Of a stretch of 64,000 nucleotides of DNA, positions 1 through 13,599 are shown piece by piece. The stretch lies in contig JAQGDQ010000465.1 in NCBI GenBank assembly GCA_030141605.1, positions 115,848 to 179,847 on the forward strand. Reading direction: 5' to 3'. The DNA is from Tubiluchus corallicola (lineage: Eukaryota > Animalia > Priapulida). Numbering within the stretch: the stretch's first letter is position 1; every line of letters begins with the position of its first letter. Position numbers and translations under genes: made by a program. The notes under the pieces were generated by a model, which saw only the letters and a list, made by a program, of their open reading frames with translations, was not told where the DNA came from and ran no database searches.

Positions 1-334
1 AATTAACCAATTAGCAAAGACGTTGATTGAGCAGCATTCCAAATGATTTTTAATAACTTCTTATTGATCCAACTATTGGTAGCTAAAATATATTGAAAAT
101 ATTCTATATGCTCAATGTGGACTTTACAAAGAAAAGCAGATTATATACAAGCCTCGTCCTGATTTAAAAGTGGATATGAATGCCTAGTATTACCCTAGTG
201 AATTTCATAAGGAACAAATTAAAGAAAAAAACTGCTTAAATAGCCTTTATGTAGTACAGTAATAATGTATTATTGACAAACTTCATCAGTCTGATGGAGC
301 ACATATATGATGAATTTCAAAGATGTTGTAAAAT

Positions 335-887
335 TTAAAGGAAAACCAGACCCCATCTTAAAACAAAGTTTAAAACAATCTATCCTGTAAAAATATGTTG
401 AAAGGAAACATACTAATTTTTCAAGAATGACTTCATGAAAGAATTACTACCACAAAAATTTAATTTTGCCTTTGCTCGGCCATTTCTTCCCTGTTACGTG
501 CATTTCGCCTTTTGTTAGTTAGACAGGCACTAGCGCCTGCATTTTGGAATTGCGATGCACAAGGAACAGGTGCTGTACCTCTTACTTCCAGAGCTCATGA
601 ATGAGCATAGCAATAAACTTGGAACTCTAGACTTAAAATTTGTCCAGTTTTTATATATCACACTGAATGTTGTACAGTAGACTGTATTTCCAATTTTGCT
701 TTCGCAAACACGTGCAACACGCTCATGAAATGTTTGTGCTGTTAAAAATTATGTTCATTTGTGATGTCGTGACTATTCGGGCTCGTTACCGTCAATTACG
801 TTTTTAACCTATTATTTATTTAAACCAGAAACTCCTTGATATTGTTATAGATGTTATGAAATTGAAAATCATCCCGTTTTCCTTTAA
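335..887. mobile_element. Non-autonomous DNA transposon, Kolobok-like (TTAA-flanked, AGGAAAAC...GTTTTCCT termini)
   Basis: TTAA|AGGAAAAC at 335 and GTTTTCCT|TTAA at 887. Related fragments at about 8285-8535, 18720-18900, 20480-20900, 31350-31497, 53400-53586 and 54720-54992. Confidence 0.65.
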
Positions 888-1394
888 AACCTTATACAGG
901 CCGCACAAAACACATTATGCGCTCATGTGTTTATGATCGCATTAGGGATTACTCCTGTTTACATGTGTGTCTGTTCATTAGAAGTCCTTGCAAGTGAATG
1001 TTGTCTAAGAACCAGAGTCACTCTGGAACCTCTCATGATATCAGGAAAAACAGTGAGAATCTCTTAAATGGATGCTTATTGGTTGTCATGTTTTATCATT
1101 TGTTGCCTAGTTACATAATTACATGTAATAATATTATTCATAATGATTTATAAGCGGATTTATATTTTGAATTAAATTTTAGAACATCTTTTACATTCAT
1201 GGCATTTATCGAGTTCCATCAAGCTGACGAAACATGTATGATAATATATTATTGCTGTACTGTATAAATGCCCTTGAAGCAGTATTTTCTTTAACTTCCT
1301 ACCATTTCCACTAACACATCCTTCTACCCTTCCTATGTGATCTAACCTTTCTCCCAGTTCTTTTTTTTGTTCACTCATCCATTTTTTTTATCGG

Positions 1395-1555
1395 GTTCAC
1401 ATGACGGTGGGCTTATACAAGCCTTTGCTTCTCTAGCCCACTGCAGTACGATTATTCTTTTATGATAACGATAGTGTATGAAACATAACAATTTAATATA
1501 GTAGATGTAATAATTTTGATGTCACTGTGTGCTTTATATTGTACTGAATGTGTTG

Positions 1556-1600
<45 letters not shown>
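1395..1600 (+). mobile_element. Probable LINE/SINE 3' end with (AAT)n tail
   Basis: Stem-loop gtgggct...agcccac followed by an (AAT)n microsatellite at about 1558-1600. Confidence 0.45.
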
Positions 1601-1603
<3 letters not shown>

Positions 1604-1722
1604 CTTATTCTTTAAGATGTTTAAATTTTAGCAATTTGTAACCCGTTTACTGCTGTTTTTTAGCAAATCTGCCCGTTAAATTTTTCTTTTCAACAACGTT
1701 ATCAAAGTCTGTTTCACTTTAG

Positions 1723-1874
1723 ATGTTTTTTGCACACTTACTACCGAATTTTAAAGAGTGTTGGTGGGACGCGCTCGTGTTAGACATCATCTTGTGCAAC
1801 GGCCTCGGAATTTGGTTCGGCATGTACGTTTGCAAGAAACTAGAGATGCGTACATTTTCCTGGGAAAGCATCAA
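1723..1874 (+). CDS. PTDSS1: PTDSS1-like exon ([51 protein letters not shown])
   Basis: tttag acceptor and gtaagt donor; conserved PNFxECWWD motif. Confidence 0.95.
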
Positions 1875-4800
1875 GTAAGTTGCTTATAGAATGTTAATGT
1901 ACTTACCTACCTGGGTGTGAGAATGATAGGAATATATGAAAATGAATATTGTTCAGCTTTGCACTGTGAGCAATCTTTGGAGATCCATTCTACGTATTGC
2001 TTTACTTTGCTTAGCTATGAATGATTAATGTACTTGGATATGAGGTAGTATAATACTCTGTAGTTACAAAATACTAAAAAAAAGACTAAATTCTTGGCAT
2101 GTAAAGTCACCTGGACTAACTGAAGCAAAGTTTCAACAAATAAAATTTTTGTAAGTCCTCCCAATGACTCGTTGTTTTGTAACGATTCGTTTTAGTAATT
2201 TCAAATTTTGCAAATTTTCTTTGTGCTTAGCAATAATTTTCGTCTTAACAACGAACTTGTGAAACCTTTATTTTTGTTTTCCATTTTGTCTGCTAACCTA
2301 AACCAAATCTACTGAATGTTTGCTGAGCTAATCCACTGAGACTTCTATTAACCAAAAGTGTAGACACGGGATTAAGTCATTTATGCAGTCTTAAGGGTCT
2401 ATGGACCAACATTAAGAAGAATAATAGAAAGTCATCAATGCAAGTTTAATCTGCTTGTTAAACACATTATATTGAAATGTTGTCATTCCAATGTAACACA
2501 CTGTGCATCATGGTACAACATGGTGTATGTTTAATCCGCTTGTTAAACAAATTATATTAAAATGTTGTCATTCTATTGTAACACAGTGTACACATTTTAG
2601 TAGGCAATATAAGCAATTCATATTTTTGAATTTTTTTAAGCAGTGCATTACATTTGTATTGGTGAATATTTCAATCATTAATTTGTTGTTGTTCTTGTTG
2701 TTGTAGTGGTTTCGCGTGGACTTACATGTAACCGTTTACATGTAATGTTGCTACCTACCGCTATGCACGTTCATCTGAAAATCGATGATTTAGAAATAAG
2801 TTTTCTTAATGTACTTGCTAAATTAGTTTTTACACAATTACGTCATTGTATCTCTTACGCAGATGCATAGTAAATCAAAATTTTTTGCTGTTTAGGGATA
2901 TTCACTCTACAACGGGAAAACTAAAAAGAGCCGTGCTGCAGTTTACACCAGAGAGGTATTGTTCTAAATCTGTGTAAAAGCTTGTAGAAAAAACCATTAT
3001 GGGATAATAAATAACATTTATTTTGCGTAGCGTCTAAATCTACAGACAGCGCAACTGACGATATACAGAGACGCTTCACGAATGCATCTAAAGGCATCAT
3101 GACGAACTTAAAAAAGGTTTACAAAATTAAACAGAAATCCTACTAAATTTCATAAAATTGAATAAGTAAATACATAAAAGCACATAGATTCACAAAATAC
3201 AAGCATACAATGACAACCCAAAATTTGATTACTTCAAAGAATGTGTGCTATTTTAAATAAGTATGTTTTAATCTGTATTTTAAACGTGTTAGTGTTCGAG
3301 TGCCCTGATGTGGATAGGCAGGCTGTTCCGTAGAGTTGGTTCTGCAACAGCAAATGACCTGTCACCCATAGTGGAACAGGTCCTGCAACAGCAAATGACC
3401 TATCGCCCATAGTGGAACAGGTCCTGCAACAGCAAATGACTTATCGCCCATAGTGGAACAGGTCCTGCAACAGCAAATGACCTATCACCCATAGTGGAAC
3501 AGGTCCTGCAACAGCAAATGACCTATCACCCATAGTGGAACAGGTCCTGCAACAGCAAATGACCTATCACCCATAGTGGAACAGGTCCTGCAACAGCAAA
3601 TGACCTATCGCCCATAGTGGAACAGGTCCTGCAACAGCAAATGACCTATCACCCATAGTGGAACAGGTCCTGCAACAGCAAATGACCTATCACCCATAGT
3701 AGAACAGGTCCTGCAACAGCAAATGACCTATCACCCATAGTGGAACAGGTCCTGCAACAGCAAATGACCTATCATGCATTTTATTCAAATTTTCCATATA
3801 TGTTGCTTGCAAGCAAAAAACGTCCATAAATTGGCATAGTTAAAACTACGTTATGATGCTTCAAAGTAGAAAGCACTAAAACTTTGGTCAAATGTTGATT
3901 TTTTTCATTTTTTTATGAAAACAAATGCTAAATATATTGGACTTTTATATTCTAGCACCAAATTATCAGGAAATGTCCAAAAAATACTAAAAATCTAATT
4001 TTATAACTTCTTACCCACTTTTCTGTCTAGAAACTAGTACTGCAATTGTAAAAAATGCGTATCTTCAAACTCTGATTGGAGCTCGTGGAAGCATTCATTT
4101 TGCTTCGGGTTTTTTCTATTGACAAGACCAGATCTTCGTCTGGATGAGCCATCTACTGGATTTAAACATAACTTCAATTTGCTCTTGTAAAATCCATAGC
4201 AACCCCACTTTTGTACGGTTGCTAAGTGTTTTGCAGAGACGCAATAAAAACAATGGCTGACTTTAACAGCGTTTTTCTCAAGCTTACGTTTTTCAGTGCG
4301 CAGCCTGCACCTCAACTTCAACGTGGATTATCTCAGCTTAGAAATAACATAGAGCGATGAAATTGGTATCAAAATGATCCTCATGAAATAGAGCATATGT
4401 GAATAACTAGAAAAGCCTAATTGCCGACTTTGGACGATTTTGCTGTGCAAGCCCACATATTATGATTATATCACGTGGCTATTTGTTCTACGAGAATAAG
4501 TCATATTATAGTTTTATGTTTACATTATCCAATATAGAGAGCTGATCCGATAAATCCAATAACAGCTTGTACGAGTTTAAGTGAGAGACCTTATCTGTCT
4601 TTAGCAAAACATCTATTTATGGTATCCGTTAATGTGGTATAGGAAAAAAATTGTAGGCAATAATGAAATTCAGCTTTACGATTGGTTTTCAGTTGGACGC
4701 ACGTACGATGGCTGGATCCAAACTGTACCTACATGAGATTCTTCGCATTATGCCAGCTAGTTATATTTTGGCAGGTAATGTTTGCATAGCTTTATTATTT

Positions 4801-7800
4801 CTTCATGTAGTGAATATAAAATTATGAAAAAATCTTTCACAAAATCCCTGTTATCCTTTATAATCTGTAGACCTGACATCTATTTGATGCAAAAATAAGT
4901 GTGAATTGCAGTTTCGGGTGTCATATCACTTTGATAGGTGTCCAAGGGACAAATTAAAACCCCAGAATTTTCTGCTTTTTTGGATGTCAAAATCAAAACA
5001 TCAAAAATAATAAACAAGGCAATTTTTGAGCTTTGTCGTTCTGTTATTGCAGTTCACTATGCATTATATAGAAATATATTCTTTTGAATAGAGACATATA
5101 GAGAATAAGAACTGAAATTTTATGCGTTTTTATGTGTGAAAGAATTAAAATGGGCGTTACACCTGCCTAATGCACGACACTTGACTGGTCTGAATCTCTA
5201 AGCCCTGTAATTTGAAATTTTTCGTAAGGCAAGATTGTAATGATATTCATAGTACAAGATGGCGGACTCTTCCATTCTTCGTGATCAATTATTTCTGTCG
5301 TTTGAACGAGAATTTCCGGCAACCTGAGTGGAACGTAAATTCTCGTCGAAATCCTTCAAAAATTTAAATTAAGATGCTTCCTTTGACGTATTGGTGAGAA
5401 ATACTGAAAAATGACCGAAACCTAGTCACTGGTATTATACATATACAAAACTATGTAAAACTGTATGCTTAGAAAATTAATATATAGTTAGTATCTGAGG
5501 TAGAATTCCTTTCTCTATTCATGTACCTTGTGTAAATGAAACAAAACAACTTTAGCTTTATACCGTTTCTGCACAGGTAACAGAACTCAACACGTTCTTT
5601 CTGAAGCACATAATAGAAGTACCAACCGGACATCCACTCAGCGTGGGTCGCCTGCTACTAATTGCTGTGATATCTGCTCCTACTTTAAGACAATACTACA
5701 GCTACGTGACAGACCCCAGATGCAGTAGGGTCGGCACACAATGTTGGGTGTTCTGGTACGTAGACCTCAAAATTATAGCGTTGTTTTGTAAATGTAGACA
5801 TACCTTAATGTAGATGAATTATAGTACAATGCCATTTTTCTCTGTTATAGTTATTTATATATAAATGGTTTTGAGTAAGTACTTGTGGTTTGTTAGTAAT
5901 ACTATTATTTAGTCCCTACGTGTCATCGTTAATTGCATGTATTTGTGTACCGTTTATATATAAGCCAATCTCTCAATCGTTTGTGGTGTAGTATTTTTAT
6001 GTAATAATTGCACTTGTTTGTTATGTGGGGCTTGTATAAAATCGGACTCCATAATTGCTTGTGGTGTGTTACAAAGTATGCACTTGGATACACATATTTC
6101 GGAGGAGAATAAGAGTTCCTAACTTTGGGCCGCTAAGTCTAGTGCCCCTCAAAATATGACGGCCTGGACTACAACCCCCGTGTGACCCTGAATACCGTTG
6201 AAACCATGAACAATTAATGTTATTTAACTCAGGGGGGTAGTGATATACTGAGCTAGCAGAAAGTTTCTAGGCAAGTCAAAAAACAGCTGTACTGTTGTGC
6301 GTGTACTGTGGGATTGTTGCTAGTATCATGAGCTTTAATTTTTCCTTTCTTTACTACAGTAGTTGTGGTATTGACATTGAAACTTTAGTAATTTCTATGG
6401 CTTGTTAATATTATTAAAATGTTAACATAAATTTAATCCGTACATTTTGTAATTCTCCAATCTTTCATCCTCTTTCTCACTACATCTTCACACTCATTAC
6501 CTTCCAGGTTCTCCTTCCCTTCTTCTTGCACTTTCTGCACTCCCATTATTCCACATTGTCCTCTTTCTCGCTACATCTTCACACTCGCTACCTTCCAGAC
6601 TTTCCTTCCCTTTTTCTTGCACTTTCTGCACTCCCATTATTCCACATTGCCCTCTTTCTCACAACATCTTCACACTCATTACCTTCTAGACTTTCCTTCC
6701 CTTTTTCTTGCACTTTCTGCACTCCCATTATTCCACATTGTCCTCTTTCTCACTACATCTTCACACTCGCTACCTTCCAGACTTTCCTTCCCTTTTTCTT
6801 GCACTTTCTGCAGTCCCATTATTCCACATTGCCCTCTTTCTCACTACATCTTCACACTCATTACCTTCCAGGCTCTCCTTCCCTTTTTCTTGCACTTTCT
6901 GCAGTCCCATTATTCCACATTGCCCTCTTTCTCGCTACATCTTCACACTCGCTACCTTCCAGACTTTCCTTCCCTTTTTCTTGCACTTTCTGCACTCCCA
7001 TTATTCCACATTGCCCTCTTTCTCGCTACATCTTCACACTCATTACCTTCCAGGCTCTCCTTCCCTTTTTCTTGCACTTTCTGCACTCCCATTATTCCAC
7101 ATTGCCCTCTTTCTCGCTACATCTTCACACTCGCTACCTTCCAGACTTTCCTTCCCTTTTTCTTGCACTTTCTGCAGTCCCATTATTCCACATTGCCCTC
7201 TTTCTCACTACATCTTCACACTCATTACCTTCCAGGCTCTCCTTCCCTTTTTCTTGCACTTTCTGCACTCCCATTATTCCACATTGCCTGTTCGGCTCAC
7301 ATTCTTACAAGTTCCCCTTCCTATCTGAGCCGATAATTATCCGCGCTGCAATAATCGTTTGGCCATATTTTATCTATTATTCTCATGTTATATTTTATAT
7401 TATGCATTTTTGTGTAAAACATTGTTAAGTTGTACTTCGTTCTTGGAATAAATAAGCTATAATAATAATAATAAATTTATAGATATTTTTCGATACTGTA
7501 AGTGTTTATATATATATATATCATGGAACGCAGTAAATAGGAATAAATAAGCTATACTAATAAAAGGAATAAATAAGCTATAATAATAATAATAAATTTA
7601 TAGATATTTTTCGATACTGTAAATGTTTATATAATATATACCATGGAATGCAGTAAATAGGAAGTTCTCTTTTTGTTACAATGATTACATTGCTTTTTCA
7701 GTGCTATAGCTATAACTGAAGCGCTGATCTGTGTAAAGTTGGGCAGGGATTTATTCGCTCTCACGGAAATCTCGTGTATCGTAGGATGGCTGGTGTTTCA

Positions 7801-10800
7801 GGTAACTTCTACTTCAAATGAAACGTATCGTCTAAAGTTGCTTGAATTGGTTGTGCTTTCTTTTTGTAAGTTTATGCTATCTGGTCTAAAGTGTTAGCTT
7901 TTGTGCTTCTAGAGAATGCTTGTATGGTCAGCACATGTGTAAGTTCTACAATGGACTGTCGGATTTTAAATTTATATGTCTCACACAACACTGAGAGTAG
8001 CCTTTCTGGACCTCTGTATAATGAGTCAATGTATTAAAGGAAAATAGGATGATTTTTCATATCCTACCCCATCTTGAAGGATGTTGAAGGGCGGAAGGAT
8101 ATGTTAAGACTTATAATATTGCAAAAGCATTTCTGATTCAGTCCGAGTCACATTCTGTGTGATACACAAAACCTTGATAAATTTGAAGTTTAAAATTTTA
8201 AATTTCTAGTTTACCTACAATTGAATGTGTGTGTGTGTGTGTGTCTGTGTGTGTGTGCGCGTGTGCATGCGTGCGTGTGTGCAGCATCTCAACTTTGAAA
8301 TGAGAGGTACAGCACCTGTTTTTTATGCCTCGCGTATCCAAGATGCAGGCGCTACATGGCAAAAAGCATATAACACATATAAGAACTAGCCGTGCGAATG
8401 CAAAACCACCATTCTTTTGGTTGTAATAATTCTTTCATGTAAGTCTTTCTTACATAATTCTTACATCAATTCAATATTTTATGGGGGGGGATTGTTTTGA
8501 GCTATAATTTAAGATTGGTCCGGTTTTTGCTTAAATCTGTTTTTGACATTCTTGGTTTCTAGTTGTGAAAGTCATTTTTGAGTTTGTTGTTCAGTCACTT
8601 TGTTATGATTGAGTTTAGGTACAGAGAAGTATGAATAGGAACCAAAAATCTATAATAAATATTTGCACTGCACACAACAGAAAAGTGTTTATTGAACTAC
8701 AGAAAACATGAGTAGCAAAACTGCTGCACTGAACATTGAGCAAAAACTAGAAAGCAAAAACAGTCAGTAAAACCTGTTTCACAGCCAGTATACAGGTATA
8801 GAACTTGACCTATGCAGACTTGCACAGGCTTCACAACAACCATTAATTTTAGATAGGGAGAGGACCAGTGTGTATGTAGTCACTGGACCATACAATTATA
8901 CTGAAGGTAAGTCAGCTGGTAGAATGTAACAAGATTAGCACATAGATGGCAGCACCTAACTACAATGTACAATTCCGACTTTCACAGAAGTAATTGTAAT
9001 GCTTAATCTTTCAACTAAGAAAATGTAGTCCAAAATGCTCCTGACTTTGTTATTACGGTTTTTTGTAGAATAAATAAATTATTTTAATCGTAACATCAAA
9101 CTAGGATTTGGTACCTAATTGATATTCCCATTTTTTTCCGCTGTTTTTTAAATACTAATTGGTACATCCTTCACAAGCACTAGGGAACATCCTTATGAAC
9201 CTGTTGTAGAATTTTCCTAAATTTCAGTGCTTGATTTCTGTATGTTGAATAAGTAGTAGCTAAAGCAGCAGATATGACTCGTTAGTACTCTACTCCTTTA
9301 TTTACTTATTTAAAAATAAAAATGTAAGCAATATAGTAAATTATACTATTTGGTATATAGAAAATCACCATGTAAAGTGTACAGGTCTTACCAAACGCAT
9401 ATGACACATTCTTAAGTGTGTGTGCATGTATGTTTGTTTGTTTAATTATTATGTGTATGTATGTATATGTATAATGTGTATGTATGCGTATGTGTGTTTG
9501 TTTATTTAATTATTATGTGTATGTATGTATATGTATAATGTGTATGTATGCGTATGTGTGTTTGTTTATTTAATTATTATGTGTATGTATGTATATGTAT
9601 AATGTGTATGTATGCCTATGTGTGTTTGTTTATTTAATTATCATGTGTATGTATGTATATGTGTGTTTGTTTATTTAATTATTATGTGTATATATGTATA
9701 TGTATAATGTGTATGTATGCGTATGTGTGTTTGTTTATTTAATTATTATGTGTATGTATGTATATGTATAATGTGTATGTATGCGTATGTGTGTTTGTTT
9801 ATTTAATTAGTATGCGTATGTATGTATATGTATAATGTGTTTGTATGCGTATGTGTGTTTGTTTATTTTATTATTATGTATATGTATGTATATGTATAAT
9901 GTGTATGTATGCATATGTATAATGTCTACGTATGCGTATGTGTAATGTGTATGTATGCGTATGTATAATGTATATGTATGCGTATGTATAATGTGTATGA
10001 ATGCGTATGTATAATGTGTATGAATGCGTATGTATAATGTGTTTGTATGCATATGTATAATGTGTATGTATGCGTATGTATAATGTGTATGTATGCGTAT
10101 GTATAATGTGTATGTTATTTAATTAGTAGAGGTAAAATGGTTTAGCGCGATTGAGACCGGAAGCTGATGATACATTTGCATACAAAATGATAACAAAGTT
10201 TGAATTGAATGCTTCGGTACTGTTTTGTAAAGTATTTTTATTATTATATTTATATTTGATTTTTATGCTTTGCAGATGGCGCTGTCGATACTGTGTGTGT
10301 ATCTATTGGTCGTCTTTGCTAGAAAAATGAAGGTGAATTTATCTCTATTGAAATCGATTTGTGCAGTTCATGGTTTTAAGAATTTTATAAAGTTAATCAC
10401 TCTAGCCGTTATTACCATATGTGAGTTATAAAGGCTTAAGCATTGTTCACATTTGGACAACACATTAGAATACGCGTTTACTTTTTAAATCTGCTTCTAG
10501 AGGATACTTTTTCATTGAGATTTGACAGCTGCTGTTTACTTCGAAGTAAGTGACACCTGCTTATAAATTGTCAGCAGATACCCAACAGACAATAGAATTT
10601 TATTCCTTTTGCATTTGCCAGAAACTTTTGGTATTTCACTGAATGTTTGATCTGCCAACCTTAAAATTGTTGCTTAGATGTCAAGAGCTTGTGCAGATTG
10701 GAATACTTGCTTTTCCAGATAGAGTAAACATTGTAAATTGTTTCCATATGCAGTTTCATTAAATGTGTGCTTGCGTAGCAAAATCGTCCATAAGTCGGCA

Positions 10801-11757
10801 ATTAAGCTTTTCTAGTTATTCACGTATCCTGAATCTCCATTTCTTGCGAATCATTTTGATACCAAGTTCATCGCTCTATGTTATTTCTAAGCTGAGATAA
10901 TCCACGTTGAAGTTGAGGTGCAGGTTGCACACTGAAAAAAATAATCTTGAGAAAATCACTAATAAAGTCAGCCATTGTTTTTTGTCGCATTTCTGGAAAA
11001 CACTTAGCAACCGCGCAAATATTTGTTGCTACAGACTTTGCAAGAACACAGTGAAGTTATGTTTAAATCCAGTAGATGGCTCTTCCTGACGAAGATCTCG
11101 GCTTGGCAACAGAAAAAACTCCAAGCAAAATAGCTGCTTCTACGAGTTACTGTCAAAGTCTGAAAATACGTGTTTTTTACAATTGCAGTTTTAGTTTTTA
11201 CGCAGAAAAGTGGGTAGGAGGTTATAAAAATAGATTTTTACCATTTTTGAACATTTTTTTGATAATTTGATGCTAGAATATAAAAGTAAAAAATGTTCAG
11301 CGTTTGTTTTTATAAAAAACAAAAAAATTGGTACTTGACAAAATTTTTGGTGCCTTCTAATTTGAAGCATCATGATGTAGTTTTAACTATGCCGACTTAT
11401 GGATGGTTTTGGTTTGCAAACACACAAATGAGGATTTTTGTTGTTTTTACTTTACCCAGGGAAAATTGTGCAGAACACAGCAAGGCACTTTTGAGATTTG
11501 AAAATCATTTATAATTTTAATAATCCTGCATTTTTTCCTTCTTTAAGGAGAGAGAAATCTCAGTAGACACCCGGAAAGAAGAGATGATAAGAGAACAATC
11601 TCCGAAGAAGGGAAGAAGCCTCAACTTTGTCCAAGATTATGTTAATAACTGTCCTCCTCCTCCTCGTCTTAGTTCAACCCTTTCAGATAACCACACCTCT
11701 CCTAAAACTGATCACATTGTCAATAGAAGATGTAACGACGCACAGTCGAAATCATAG
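1723..11757 (+). CDS. PTDSS1: Phosphatidylserine synthase 1-like gene, 3' part (spliced; 5' exons lie upstream of the window)
   Basis: Seven AG/GT-bounded exons in compatible phases: 1723-1874, 2896-2955, 4693-4774, 5577-5755, 7702-7801, 10276-10332, 11548-11757. The joined protein has PSS motifs [53 protein letters not shown] and [23 protein letters not shown], recognised from vertebrate PTDSS1. Confidence 0.95.
2896..2955 (+). CDS. PTDSS1: PTDSS1-like exon ([19 protein letters not shown])
   Basis: tttag/gtattg boundaries, phase 2-2. Confidence 0.93.
3250..3372 (-). mobile_element. L2/CR1-like LINE ORF2 C-terminal fragment
   Basis: Minus strand reads [23 protein letters not shown]..., matching the GDRAF.VA.P.LWNSLP..IR end of L2/CR1 ORF2. 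Confidence 0.7.
3342..3773. repeat. 41-bp minisatellite, about 10.5 copies
   Basis: Unit ctgcaacagcaaatgacctatcacccatagtggaacaggtc. Confidence 0.97.
3799..4459 (-). mobile_element. MITE family A, copy 1 (about 660 bp, imperfect TIRs of about 35 bp)
   Basis: Similar to 10763-11426, 49145-49765 and 63531-64000; TIR consensus tgtgcttgc..gcaaaatcgtccataagtcggca. Confidence 0.85.
4693..4774 (+). CDS. PTDSS1: PTDSS1-like exon ([27 protein letters not shown])
   Basis: ttcag/gtaatg boundaries, phase 2-0. Confidence 0.93.
5577..5755 (+). CDS. PTDSS1: PTDSS1-like exon ([11 protein letters not shown]...RVGTQCWVF)
   Basis: cacag/gtacgt boundaries; ELNTFFLK motif. Confidence 0.95.
6467..7288. repeat. 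91-bp pyrimidine-rich minisatellite, about 9 copies
   Basis: Near-identical ORF starts at 6526, 6617 and 6708 show the 91-bp period. Confidence 0.97.
7702..7801 (+). CDS. PTDSS1: PTDSS1-like exon ([33 protein letters not shown])
   Basis: ttcag/gtaact boundaries; matches the EAIVCIKFG region. Confidence 0.92.
8564..8986 (-). mobile_element. Solo-LTR-like element (TG...CA), copy 1
   Basis: 10-bp terminal inverted repeat TGTGAAAGTC...GACTTTCACA; reverse-complement similarity to 19713-20165. Confidence 0.65.
9418..10120. repeat. TATG/TGTA-rich compound micro- and minisatellite
   Basis: Repeated gtatgtataatgtgtatgtatgc units, with ttgtttatttaattatt linkers in the first half. Confidence 0.95.
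10276..10332 (+). CDS. PTDSS1: PTDSS1-like exon ([19 protein letters not shown])
   Basis: tgcag/gtgaat boundaries, phase 0-0; last transmembrane helix. Confidence 0.85.
10763..11426 (+). mobile_element. MITE family A, copy 2
   Basis: TIRs and internal similarity (shared pseudo-ORF MKLRCRL...[10 protein letters not shown]). Confidence 0.85.
11548..11757 (+). CDS. PTDSS1: PTDSS1-like terminal coding exon ([12 protein letters not shown]...NDAQSKS*)
   Basis: Polypyrimidine tract plus aag acceptor; 70 codons ending at TAG; hydrophilic tail without recognisable homology. Confidence 0.75.
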   Translation, partial: EREISVDTRKEEMIREQSPKKGRSLNFVQDYVNNCPPPPRLSSTLSDNHTSPKTDHIVNRRCNDAQSKS

Positions 11758-13599
11758 CAAATATAAGAACGAAACGTTCTGATGTTTAGTCACCTAGAAT
11801 TGAAACAATGCATTGTGGGCCTGTCCAGACGTGGATTCGGGTAAATACGGCACTCTGCATTGTAAATTTTTTGATGCGATTAGTGATTCATTATAGATAG
11901 AAAACTTTTTCTGACCCTCTGCCACTGGAAATATTTCACAGTCAAGTCGAGCCGCCGCAAAGGGTGTAATCACATCCCGTTCATAAAAACAGAAGAAACG
12001 CTACAGTGCTGCTTCTGTTGGTCACTAAATCTTTCTCATTGCTTTGACTATTTACTGTATTGACACGTGCTGCATTGAGTTTACACGTTGAAAATTATAG
12101 GAGGAAAATCGTGAGAAAGCTCGTTTTTATTCAGCAAATTAATTTACTCTACTTAATTAGGCCTGCGAGGCCTAATATAGGCTATTTTTACAGGATAAAA
12201 TGGTAAATTTCAAAGCCAGCTGTTACGCAGCATAAAAGCATTTAGCATTTGTCAACTTTCTCGTTTTTGCTTATGTCAAACAATACCAGTGCTGGGGTGG
12301 AAACACCCCCCCCCCCCACTGTGTTGTAATTAATCATGAAAGTAAATGATGCACAAATCAAATGACATCTGCTCCTAGTAGGCAGATGATGGTTTAAACG
12401 CAGAAGAGGGCAGGTAATGGCAGAAGGATGCGACTAACTAAACCCGCTTGGGTTGCCGTTGCCTCCCCATTTCCGGTGGCCGAGCGTTAAAAGTGCTGCA
12501 TCTACATCTTTGGCTCCAGCAAGTCATTTTTGTCAAAGATGCTTGTTCAGACACGGCAGGTGAAACGAACCGTTTGTGTTCAGTAACTAATTTGCGGTAC
12601 TTTCGTCTAGTTGGTCGTTATTATGTGTGCTTTTCCAACTCTACTAGTCACAGGTATGCCTGTTAGATTAGGTGTATTGTCTGTTTTACAATTATGTCTG
12701 GATAATTACTGTATGCGTAAAGTATAAGCGCGTAACAATAATCATGGTTTAGATAAGATAAGTAAGCAATTAATGGTGATTATTTTTATACACATATAGT
12801 GCTAGTTTTCCTTTTCTATTGTTTTTTATATTTATACTTTCACCATCGGGTTTAGCATAAGTTTGTGACACATTTCAGGGAAATTTCAATAACTGCATCG
12901 TCTATAGTTCTCTTTTAAGCAAATATCACTAATTACACGCTCAGATGTTGTCAACATTCGTTAACATTGAACACTCAAGCTTATTCCTTGCTTTTCACTG
13001 CTGCTACATGTATTAGAATTATGTGTGTTATTATGATCGCTATACTCACGGTGCAGACTCGTCAAAGCGGTGTTGTCGCTGATAAATCGATCTGAATTTT
13101 GCTGAAAGTCAAAGGAAATTTTAAGCTAGTCAGATATTTGCATATTTTTACGTTTAAATACGGACTGCCATTTATTAGTTTACTAGATTTTTAGTAGATG
13201 GCACTGCAGCTGATGAGAAAGTTGCTGCAGCACGCCTTAGTATTGTGCAAAAAAACGTGGTAATCAGAACGCTTCCCTTTAATGATCTGATTTTTTTAAA
13301 AATAAATTTAATGTAACAAACAACAAAATTTAAAAGAGACAAAGCCCCAGATGTGTACAATTGATGATATTCCTCCAGGGATGAATACTTAAACACACGT
13401 TGACTTATACATATACTTTGATGATATTCCTCCACGGATGAATAGTTAAATACACATTGACTTATACATGAGACAAAAACTAGCATTCTCCGAGATGGAA
13501 AGGATAAAAGTTGCAAATAAATTTATGATAATAATAATTAAATCTGTTTAAAACGTAGGTATTAAGCTTCATACTCAACCTGACTCGTGTGCTTGGCAC

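Noticed and set aside
4034-4321. Recurrent MKLRCR... ORFs (4034, 10907, 63797) as a small gene family
   Set aside because: They are internal parts of MITE family A, start at non-ATG codons and have inconsistent stops.
6526-7428. 300-, 239- and 206-aa ORFs in three frames
   Set aside because: Products of the stop-free 91-bp minisatellite inside a PTDSS1 intron.
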